NCBI GenBank assembly: GCA_905178155.1
Contig: CAJINV010000056.1
Coordinates: forward strand, 1-19,254
Length of the DNA stretch: 19,254 nucleotides
Direction: 5' to 3'
Source: Amoebophrya sp. A120
Lineage: Eukaryota; Protista; Dinoflagellata
Every line of letters starts with the position of its first letter. The first letter of the stretch is position 1. Below the pieces are notes generated by a model, which saw only the letters and a program-made list of their open reading frames with translations, was not told the DNA's origin and searched no databases. Both the position numbers and the translations under genes were made by a program. Positions 10,501-19,254 of this stretch are shown one piece after another.

Positions 10501-13500
10501 TCTAAATCTGCAGCAAACTACTTGTAATGCCACGGGCGCAGTCTTCCTCCTTTCACTTTTGCCAGTCTTGTATTACAAATTCATGTAACTACAGTTGAGA
10601 ATGTAACATTTGAGAACTCCATAAGTGAAGCCGCAAAACTTTTCGCCAAGGGGTTTCAGGCGGCGTGGACAGAGCAGGTCGGCTATCAAACAAAAAAAGT
10701 TCGTCACGATCACTCATGCGCATTTTTGCAATACAAAACTTTCTGTCATGCGTAAAAATGCATTACAGCCAAACTTCATAAGGGATTTCCCTAGTGTTTC
10801 TGCAATACAGGGAAAAGCTGTGATGCTGAAAAAATTTGTAATGTAAAACCTGCAAGGTAGTGATGTGACTGTGACAAACTTTTTTCTCTCCATATCGGCG
10901 GCGAGGACGGCATTATTGCCGGGAAGGAGTACGATATCGCAGGAAAAAACTTTTTCACTGTAAACTTGGAATGCAGCAAATCTACCTCAGAAGGGTTTGT
11001 CTGGCTACACATGCAAGACAGTGGATTTTTCGCTGTGTTTTCTCTTAGGAACCTTGCATGGCAAATCTTCTCTGTCATGTATAACAAACCTGTGAGGCAA
11101 AGCTTGCAAAATCCTTACAGTGAAACAGTTTTTTCTTGCGATATACGCGAAAATCGGCGACGGACAACCGCTACGGATTGCAAACATGTAGTGTTGGTCT
11201 GGGAATAAATTGCCGGGCTTGTCATGCTGGGCAAACAGGAGCGAGGGAAAGGTCTGTCATGCATGTGGCGATACAGTGGCAGAGGCAGTGCTATTGTTTG
11301 GCAGCCAAAAAAACCCTCACTCGTCGTCAAGCGCCTTACTGGCGCGAGTAGACGTCGTCGCCAAAAATATTGTGATGCGTGGCTCCGTAAGGTACTTCGA
11401 CCTTCGGCGCTTCATAAAATTATACCCAAACACTGCTTAGCCTTAATAGGGTTCACATTACAATTGTGAGCGCAAAGGCAAAGTAAGGAAAGAATATAAA
11501 CAAGTACCCTGGGATGAAGAATTTACTCGCGATGTTTTCGCGGTTCTCACCTATGTCGTTCTGGGACCTGCGGTCGCTTTCGCTCTTATTCTCTTCCGAT
11601 GATTACTTTACGTTACCCCCGCCTGGGTACCGTGGCGTCAGCATCCGCCCTGCATGGTTCTATGCGAAATGGAAATACATCGTGACGAGTCGGACTAGCC
11701 GACTTACGTCGACCTCCTGCCAGGTTTTAGCACCATCAGAAGTGCGTAACCCGGTCGATCTCTAAAAAAAAGTGGCGCGTCGGTACAGTTATATATAGTT
11801 AGCATCACAATTTTGATTTTCCAGACCCAGATGGCATATTTGCACTTGATAGCCCCCGCTGACGGCCGACGAGTGGCACGGGGACCCAAAGGTTTTTGCA
11901 TATAATTTGTGGGGAGGTGATGAAAAGGAGTTGTCCGCGGAACGGTTGGCCGGCTTAACAAGAACGCAGCTCGCGCCCGCAATGGGACTGTATGGACAGG
12001 ATTCCGCAGCACCTACGGATTCCGCAGCGTCGCTGACGATTTGGCAGAATGAAGCGCAAGCTGCTTTCGTCAAGACGCAGGGCACTGGTAAGGCTGATTC
12101 GTGGCTGATCACCCAGTCCCAGATGAACGATTTCATGCTCCCCAACAACGATTTGAACATGCTCCCCAACATGCTCGGCGATCGACATACCCTGTGGGAC
12201 AAAAGTCCTGCAGACCGGGCCCACTGGCTGCACGAATACTCGGAGAACTACGCGGCAGCGTTGCTGGATAGCGCCGAGAAGGCAGGCGGGCAACACGGCG
12301 ATCATCACGTTACTCTCACGGAAAACACCTTCGCAGCCGGAATCAATCTCGGAGACGGTCACCTGCCCGTTACCGCCGCGGAGTTCCCCGGTGGGGAGGA
12401 GCCCGGCGGGCTTTTCGACCAACTGGACAGTGATGGTGACGGAAAAATTGAAGAGAACGAACTGCCGGCCGACGTAGCGTATCCGTATCATCCTGTTGAT
12501 CCCGCAAACGAACCGGAAGGAGGAGCTGGCTCCTCGTCAGGTTCGGGTGGAACTACTGGTGGTGACTCCGCAAACACGGCATCCAACTCGGGAGGCAATG
12601 GTGAATTATCCGCAGGCGCGGAAGCGGAGCAAGCGGCTGGCAGCTCGGGAGGCCATGGTGAATCCGCAGGCGCGGAAGTGGAGCAAGCGACTGCCAGCTC
12701 GGGAGCCGAGGGGGAATCCGCAGGCACGGAACATGAGGCGAAAACTGCTACTCCCGCAAACGACCCGGGAGGAGAAGCTGGCTCCTCGTCAGGCTCGGGT
12801 GGAACCGGTGATGACTCTAGACAGTCGTTGCACATCGGCACTGACGGTCTTACCAGGGCGCAGAAAGACGCACTACACCTTGGACCGACGCAAACCCCCG
12901 ACGAAGCCAAGGCTCTGCTGAAAGCGGCAGCGGATCTGAAAATCGACGTCAGCGACGGGACGATTACCTCTGAGGAGTTAAAGCAAGCACTGCACACCGA
13001 ATCCGAAAGTGATATGGGACACTCAAACGTTACATTCTCAACTGTTACATGAATTTGTCATGCAAAAGCACCTTAAGCTGGCAGATGATCAGGCTGCTTC
13101 GCATGACAAATTCCGCTTGGGCTAAACAACATCTAAATCTGCAGCAAACTTGTAATGCCACGGGCGCAGTCTTCCTCCTTTCACCTTTGCCAGTCTTGTA
13201 TTAGTAACTACAGTTGAGAATGTAACATTTGAGAACTCCATAAGTGAAGCCGCAAAACTTTTCGCCGAGCACGTGCAGGCCCGCTGGCTGGACGAAAACG
13301 CGGGCGGGGATGAGGTGTTCGGGACCACGGGTAGCGGCGTTGACGAGCATGCCGCTATTGGGGACGGTCATGATCCGATCGAGAAGACCGAGTGGCACGG
13401 GGGAGACGAGGTCTTCGCAGCCGCGGACACGGACAACGACGAAACAATAGCCGAGGATGAACTGGCCCAGCTTCGGTACAAACAGCGAATGAACCAGATG

Positions 13501-16500
13501 GGACTCGACGTTTCGAAGCCCTTTCCGGTACCCGGCACCCCGGCGTACGACGCCCTGTCGCCGGACCAAAAGGATGCGCTGGAAAAGACAGCAGATGACA
13601 CGTTCCCCAACACCGGCGAAGGGACGGGCGGCGAGGAGAAAATAGCCAAACTGGCAAACGTTTTCCGACCGGGCGGCGGCGAGACAGGTAAAAGCGCAGC
13701 TCGTGCGGTACATTTTTACACGGACAACATTTTTGCGGAGCTCCGGACCCACGACGGGGGCAAGGAGGAAACATTAAACCTATCCGCCAAAGACGTGGAG
13801 GAGCTTGGGGACGGCAAGCTGCCGCTCACGGCAGCGGAGCTCCCGGGCACACACCGGGACAGCGAGGGCTCGTCCACACTGTACGATACATTCAAAACTC
13901 AGGACCAGAACGGCAACGGTCAGCTGGATGCAGAGGAGATGTGGTGGAAGGACGGAACGCCTCCGGCTTCCGTCAGGAACCATGACTGGGTCGCGGCCGC
14001 GGTCGGCGACAATTCGCAGGCGGGGCCCGCGAAAACGGTTTACAAAGATGAGGCGAACGCGGTGTTCGATGTGCTAAATAAAAAGTTTGACCTACCGGAC
14101 TCGTTTACCCCCGAGCAGTTGAGGCAGGCAACGGGCGCGTCGACAGACGAAGCGGCGCAGAAAATTTTCCTGGACAGTATGCAGGACACGTGGACTGCAA
14201 GGGTCACCGGCGATGACGATAACGGTTTGTTCAACAGTGCAGAGGAGCTGCAGCGGGTCGGCGACCACCATTTGCCCATAGAGCAGGCGGAATGGCACGG
14301 CGACCCGAGCGTTTTTGCGGCCGTCGCCGACCCGGAGACGCACCAAACCGAAGGCACAAGTGCTGCCACACTGGACAAGCTGCAGGACGCGCAGCAGAGT
14401 GTGGATGCGGGCTTCGTCCTCGATGAATCAGTCTCGCCACCGACCTGGAAAGCTCCGGTGGACGGCACACCCGCGGCGGACGCGCTGCAGGCCGTGATTA
14501 CGGACCACCATCCGCGCGTCGTTCCAGCGGGCGTGAATAGTGTGGACGATTTGAAAACGGAGTGGATGGACATGTCCGTCGAGGACCGTAAGGAGGTTCT
14601 AGACGCGATGCAATTTGAGAAGCTGGAAACAGCGGTGCGTGCACAAGATCCCAACCACTTTCCGCTGGGCGAGTTTGGTCCGGCGAACGAGCAGGACGTC
14701 ACAAAACTGGCGAGCTCACTTGGGGACGGCGCGCCCCCGCTGGAGAAGGCAGAGCTCCCCCTCGACGCCACGGTGGCGGACGCCATGGACAAAGATCATG
14801 ACGGACTCATCGAAGCCGGCGAAACGCTAGATCAGCCCCCCGCCGCGATCGTGAGCGAGGTGCTCCCCGACTGGGCGGGAAAAGGACTGACACACGACCA
14901 CTTCACCGCAGACGAACAGCAGATGCTGACGAAAACCCTGGACAAGCTGCATCTTTCCGCAGCGGACTTGCACGACCCGGGCAAGCTCAAAGACGCACTG
15001 GGGCTCGACGCCAGTGCGAGCGACGAGGCCGCGCACAGGGCTTTCGTGGAGGCGACGCAAGCCACGTGGACAGCGCAGGTCGGCGGCGTCGACGGCATTA
15101 TTTTTTCCAGGGACGAGTACGAGAAAATCGGCGATGGAATAAAATCGCTACGGAATGCAAACATGTAGTCTTGGTCTGGGAATAAATTGCCGGGCTTGAT
15201 GATGTCATGCTTGGCAAACAGGAGGGAAAGCAAAGGTCTGTCACGCGTGTAGCGATACAGTGGCAGAGGCAGTGCTATTGTTTGGCAGCCAAATAAAACC
15301 TCACTCGTCAGGTGCCTTAGTTGCGCAAGACGTCGTCGCCAAAAAAATTGTGATGCGTGGCTCCGTAAGCGTAAACTTCGACCTTCGGCGCTTCATAAAA
15401 TACCCAAACACTGCTTAGCCTTAGGGTTCGCATATAGCATCACAATTTTCACCCAGAACCAGATGGCATATTTGCACTTGGTAGCCACCCCTGACGGCCG
15501 ACGAATGGCACGGAGACCCGAAGGTTTTTGCATTGCAGACAGATGATGGTGAATACAAAGAAGCACTGTCCTGGGGACGGATGAAGAAAGTCGCAGGAAG
15601 GCAGCTCATGCCTGTCCTTGGGATGCCAATCCCCTCAACACCTCCACCGCCCACAGCGGCCGAGGTGTTTACGCCTGAAGTGCAAGCTGCTTTCGCCGCG
15701 ACGCAGGGCACTGGTGAGGCTGATTCGCACACAGTGGCCAAGATGATGAGCTTCCTGACCCCCGGGGACCACGGCACGGACCTGTTTGACAAAACTTCTG
15801 CAGACCGGGCCCAGTGGCTGCACGAATACTCGGAGAACTACGCGGCAGCGTTGCTGGATAGCGCCGGGAAGGCAGGCGGGCAAGTAGACGACGATCACGT
15901 TAAACTCACGGATGACACGTTCGCGGCCGCAATAAATCTCGGAGACGGTCACCTGCCCGTTACTGCCGCGGAGTTCCCCGGGGGGGAGGAGTCCGGCGGG
16001 CTTTTTGACCAACTGGACACTGATGATGACGGGAAAATTGAAGCGAGCGAACTGCCTGCCGTCGTAGCGCATGAAGATGAGGCGGAAACTGCTACTCCCG
16101 CAAACGACCCGGCAGGAGATGAAGCTGGCTCCTCGTCAGGCTCGCGTGGAACTACTGGTGGTGACTCAACAACGGCTGCTCCGGAGCACCAGGCGGATCC
16201 TGTTCCTGCCCCCGCGCCAGGCCCGGGAACCGGCGATGGCTCTGCAAACGCGGGATCAGAAGCGGGAACCGGTGACGGTGGCAGCGAGAGCCCGGCTCCA
16301 ACCCCGGCTTCACCCTCCCCTGCAGGCTCGGATGCCGAGGAAGATGGCAGCCGCGAGAGCCCGGCTCCAACCCCGGCTTCACCCTCCCCTGCAAGCTCGG
16401 ATGCCAAGGAAGAAACTGCTACTCCCGCACACGATCCGAAAGGAGATGAAGCTGGTCCCTCGTCAGGCTCGGGTGGAACTACTGGTGGTGACTCAACATC

Positions 16501-18741
16501 AACGGCTGCTCCGGTGCGGCGGTCGGTTCCTGTAGTTCCTGCCCCCGCGCCAGGCCCGGAAACCGGCGATGGATCTGCAAACGCGGGGCAAGCGGATGCC
16601 ACCTCGCCAGGCCCGGGAACCGATGGCGGCAGCAGCGCGAACCCGGCTTCAACCCCGGCTCCCTCCCCTTCTTCACCTGGCAGCTCGGGAGGCGAGGATG
16701 GGGAATCCGCAAGCGCGGTGGAACCAGCGGCTGGCAGGTCGGGAGGCGAGGATGGGGAACCCGCAAGCGCAGAACAAGCGGCTGGCAGCTCGGGAGGCGA
16801 TGCTGGGGAACCCGCAAGCGCGGAACAAGCGGCTGGCAGCTCGGGAGGCGATGCTGGGGAACCCGCAAGCGCGGAACAAGCGGCTGGCAGCTCGGGAGGC
16901 GAGGATGGGGAATCCGCAAGCGCGGTGGAACCAGCGGCTGGCAGGTCGGGAGGCGAAGATGGGGAACCCGCAAGCGCGGTGGAGCCAGCGGCTGGCAGCT
17001 CGGGAGGCGAGGATGGGGAACCCGCAAGGGCGGAACCCGCGGCTGGCAGCTCGGGAGGCGATGATGGGGAATCCGCAAGCGCGGGAAAAGCGGCTGACAG
17101 CTCGGAAGCCAATGATGACTCCGTAAACGTGGAGCAAGCGGATGCCACCTTGCAAGGCCCGGGAGCCGACGATGACTCCGCAAACGCGGGGCGGGCGGAT
17201 GCGTCCTCGTCAGGCTCGGGAACCGCTGCCGAGTCCGCAAATCAGGAGGGGAAAGAGGAACAAGGCGCTTCCTCGTCCAGCCCGTCATCTGGAGGTGCAG
17301 CTGGAGCAGCAGCTTCGACAGGAGATTCTTCTACTTCGGCAGATGAGAGTTCCACGAGCGCGGGTCCCCTGGCGGTGGTGAAAGAGCAGGTAGAAAAGAA
17401 GCCGATGGTCGCCGCAACTGCCGCAGGAGCAGGGGTCGTCGGAGGTGTCGGCTTGCTGGGGCGGCGCGCAGTCGTCGCGGCGCGCCGAAAGCGGAAGCGG
17501 GCAGGCGGCGGGTCGAAGAGAAAGAATCAAAAGTCGAAAAAGACGTCAGCATGGGGCAAGTACGACTTGAACAACCACGACCCTCCACCAAGAACACTCA
17601 TTGAAGTAGACACTTCGTTCACTGCAGAGGATATCGCAAGAAAAAACTGTTTCACTGTGATGCAGGAAATGGAACACAACGCTTTCTGTCTTGCTACACA
17701 TGCAAGACATAGGATTTTTCCGCGTGTTTTCATTTTGGAAACGCGCACGGCAAATTTTCTTTGTCACGTGTAACAAACTTGTGATGCAGATCTTGCAAAA
17801 TCATCACAGTGAAATACTTTTTTCTCGCGATAAAGGAGATTGCCCCTGCTCCGGTGGAGGAGCAGCAAACCACGGGCATGATCGCAGCGGAGGAACAGAC
17901 GCAGGGGAGTGCAGCATCAGTACCGGCACCGGTACTAGAGGAGGTAGCAGAAATAAATGCTGCTGTTGGCGGCAGTGCCACCTCCACCTCATTCACCAAG
18001 CCCACGGCTGCTTCACGCTCTTCTTTTGCGAGTGATGTGAAGGAGCAAGCGGAAGTTCTGCCCGGAACCGCTACGCCGGGGAACGAGACCAGTTTCTCGG
18101 CTTCGTTTCTTCAGCTGGGAGATGATATCATCGCGAGAAAACAGTGTTGAGGTTACACATTGTGTTGCGGGACAAGCAAGACTGATAGCGTTTGTCATTC
18201 CGACAGTGCATCGTCCAAGCCTCGTGTCATGCATTTTTTTTTCGTGTGATCTCTTTGTTTCTCTGCATTGATGATGCAAGCCTTCTTTATGTGCAGGACA
18301 AGTTTGTGATGCGAAACCGAAATTGTGTGCAACTACAAACGAGTGTGTACTTGCAAACACTTTTTTCCTCGGATAGGGGAGCCACTACCAGGTTCCTCGC
18401 CGACTTGGGCTTCTGCGACGGGAAGGAGTATTCCAGAAGGCGACAGTTGGAATGCTCGTGCACCCAAAGGACCGTCTCCGTCGCCCACTGTAAAAAGCAC
18501 CCCGGAAGAAGAAGAAGCACCAACACAAGGGCGGCCACAAGCTGCAGGCGGGAATCAGAAGAAACAAGAGAAACAACAGAACGCACAAAAAACGAATCTG
18601 CGAGGCGGAAGATTTGACAACAACATCAGCATCCTCGAGCTTCTTTCCGCTGACGGAGCACGACCGGTTTTGATGCTGTTGGAAATGCTGCTGGTTTTGT
18701 TGTGCCTACCGAAAATTTGTCTACTCTGTAAAAAGTTGTAA
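7596..18741 (+). CDS. Gene 3: ~2,280-aa acidic repeat protein, probably surface/membrane-bound, with EF-hand-like loops; 11 exons approx. 7596-7884, 8190-8534, 8847-9099, 10629-10683, 10900-10934, 11149-11171, 11857-13012, 13248-15148, 15489-17631, 17838-18125, 18381-18741
   Basis: All ten junctions stay in frame (exon sum 6849 nt by hand). Spliced junctions recreate internal repeat motifs (e.g. QVGGEDGIIAGKEYEKIGDGQPPLTADEW versus uninterrupted QVGGVDGIIFSRDEYEKIGDG at ~15075-15138). It has a hydrophobic N-terminus, DxDxDGxIxxxE loops and a hydrophobic stretch followed by RRKRKR at ~17400-17500. Confidence 0.8.
7885..8184. mobile_element. Introner family A copy A4 (300 bp)
   Basis: TATGGATGTGTCAGG ... 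TTCTGACACTTCCATA; TSD TGGAT/TGGAC; removal gives ILNLDG/PEDAKE. Confidence 0.93.
8536..8845. mobile_element. Introner family A copy A5 (310 bp); probable GT-AG intron 8535-8846
   Basis: TATGGATGTGTCAGGATTGAAATCG ... CGATTTCAATCCTGACACTCCCATA; flanks GATGG/GAGGT are degenerate. Confidence 0.9.
9291..9962 (+). pseudogene. Captured 5' fragment of a signal-peptide, Gln/His/Ser-rich gene nested in F1 (natural coding part ~9291-9931); could be functional as a short nested gene
   Basis: ATG-initiated 223-aa ORF MKMMQRSTSRSLLLFALLSSSFTSIASA.. with a signal-peptide-like pattern. It runs into an introner-like left end at 9932 and stops 10 codons later. Confidence 0.6.
9932..10486. mobile_element. Truncated introner-like segment G (left end only)
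   Basis: TATCATATGTAAAAGC resembles the C1 left end TATCAAATGCAAAAGT; GCATGACAA at ~10009, ~10092, ~10171 and 10470. No matching right end or CCCGT TSD. Confidence 0.55.
10684..10894. mobile_element. Introner H1 (211 bp)
   Basis: TATCAAACAAAAAAAGTTCGTCAC ... GTGACAAACTTTTTTCTCTCCATA; TSD TCGGC at 10679-10683 and 10895-10899; empty paralogous site at ~15079. Confidence 0.9.
10935..11143. mobile_element. Introner family I copy I1 (209 bp)
   Basis: TATCGCAGGAAAAAACTTTTTCACTGTAA ... TTACAGTGAAACAGTTTTTTCTTGCGATA; TSD TACGA/TACGC; empty paralogous site TACGA at 15118-15122. Confidence 0.93.
11172..11851. mobile_element. Introner family J copy J1 (680 bp, includes ~335-bp extra segment)
   Basis: TACGGATTGCAAACATG ... 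CATATTTGCACTTGATA; degenerate TSD ACCGC/GCCCC; removal gives GDGQP/PLTADEW; homologous to J2. Confidence 0.8.
13013..13242. mobile_element. Introner family F copy F2 (230 bp, no cargo)
   Basis: Same ends as F1; TSD AGTGA at 13008-13012 and 13243-13247; joins HTESES/EAAKLFAEHV. Confidence 0.95.
15149..15483. mobile_element. Introner family J copy J2 (335 bp)
   Basis: TACGGAATGCAAACATG ... CATATTTGCACTTGGTA; degenerate TSD ATCGC/GCCAC; removal plus 5 nt joins ORFs 13273 and 15533 in frame. Confidence 0.82.
16679..17095 (+). repeat. Coding minisatellite, 8 units of 51/54 bp (G[SR]SGG[ED][DA]GE[SP]ASA(V)E[PQ]AA)
   Basis: Unit starts at 16679, 16733, 16784, 16835, 16886, 16940, 16994 and 17045; related units at ~12580-12730. 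Confidence 0.95.
17632..17832. mobile_element. Introner family I copy I2 (201 bp)
   Basis: TATCGCAAGAAAAAACTGTTTCACTGTGATG ... CATCACAGTGAAATACTTTTTTCTCGCGATA; TSD GAGGA/AAGGA; interior similar to I1. Confidence 0.93.
18126..18375. mobile_element. Introner K1 (250 bp)
   Basis: TATCATCGCGAGAAAACAGTGTT ... AAACACTTTTTTTCCTCGGATA; degenerate TSD GATGA/GGGGA; TTTGTCAT/TTTGTGATGC motifs; 255-nt removal joins LQLGD/EPLPGSS. Confidence 0.78.
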
Positions 18742-18828
18742 AACCAAACTAAAGCTGCAACGAAAATGAAATGTATTTACGAAGATAAACAGGTATGCGT
18801 AATCTGGTAACCAAATGCGTGCGCGCGC

Positions 18829-18879
18829 GCGCGCAGAGCGCGCGCCGGCCCACGAAGCCGGCGCGCGCGCTCTGCGCGC
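18829..18879. repeat. GC-rich inverted repeat / hairpin
   Basis: GCGCGCAGAGCGCGCGCCGGC-CCACGAA-GCCGGCGCGCGCGCTCTGCGCGC (21-bp stem with a 2-nt bulge). Confidence 0.8.
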
Positions 18880-19254
18880 TTGCGATATTGCTTAGCAAAC
18901 GCAGCGCGAAGGCAGTTGCCGTTACCATATAGGGCAACCGCCGGGAGGCGTGAAGGTCAGGGAAATGGCCAGAAATGAAGCGGGAGAAGGGAAAAAAAGC
19001 GGACCAGATGGGAAAATGCCCAGGAGGTCAAAAATGTCGCAAAAATGGCAGAAACCAAGCGGGAGAAGGTGAAAAAAGAGCATTTTTGCGGTTTGGCTCA
19101 CTTGATATCTGAAAAAGAGACGCACTATTTTTTGCTCCGCCCGGTGGCCAGATGCGTTGGAGAAGCAGGCCCGCGACCTGTCCGGAAGCCTTGGGCCGCT
19201 TCGTAACTGGAAAAAGTTGGAAAAAAATGGCAAAAAATTGCTTCATAACGTGGG

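Larger units (their letters stand above)
9100..10623. mobile_element. Introner family F copy F1 (1524 bp) containing a 1265-bp nested cargo (9205-10469)
   Basis: TATGGGACACTCAAACGTTACATTCTCAACTGT ... ACAGTTGAGAATGTAACATTTGAGAACTCCATA; TSD AGTGA at 9095-9099 and 10624-10628. 9100-9204 plus 10487-10623 reproduce F2. Confidence 0.9.

Noticed and set aside
10094-10588. 164-aa ORF and antisense ORFs inside F1
   Set aside because: They span half-element G and the F right arm, are repeat-derived and show no recognisable domain.
15949-17288. Long minus-strand and alternate-frame ORFs (399 aa, 269 aa, 185 aa; also 14040-14792 and 12488-12997)
   Set aside because: Shadows of the GC-rich repetitive + strand CDS.

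Overview
Eukaryotic genomic DNA whose + strand genes are riddled with non-autonomous DNA-transposon-like introns (introners). I delimit 19 elements (one cut by the window edge) plus one truncated half-element. They have TAT/TAC...ATA/GTA termini, terminal inverted repeats (TIRs), a flanking 5-bp direct repeat (TSD: 9 perfect, 4 with one mismatch, 5 degenerate, 1 not visible) and a recurring internal GCATGACAAA/TTTGTCATGC motif. Removing each element plus 5 nt fuses the fragmented ORFs in frame. This gives the 3' part of a low-complexity gene (<293-3585), a poorly defined gene or terminal exons (5231-6006), and an 11-exon gene (7596-18741, about 2,280 aa). The large gene encodes a probable surface/membrane protein with repeated EF-hand-like loops, a Gly/Ser/Pro stalk and a hydrophobic segment. 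The architecture resembles the non-canonical inverted-repeat/direct-repeat introners described in the parasitic dinoflagellate Amoebophrya; that assignment is inference. The most unusual item is an introner (9100-10623) carrying a 1265-bp cargo, including the 5' part of another signal-peptide gene, between 17-bp direct repeats of the shared motif. Its paralogous copy (13013-13242) is empty. No transposase, RNA gene or CRISPR array is recognisable. All splicing is inferred from frame restoration, not from transcripts.
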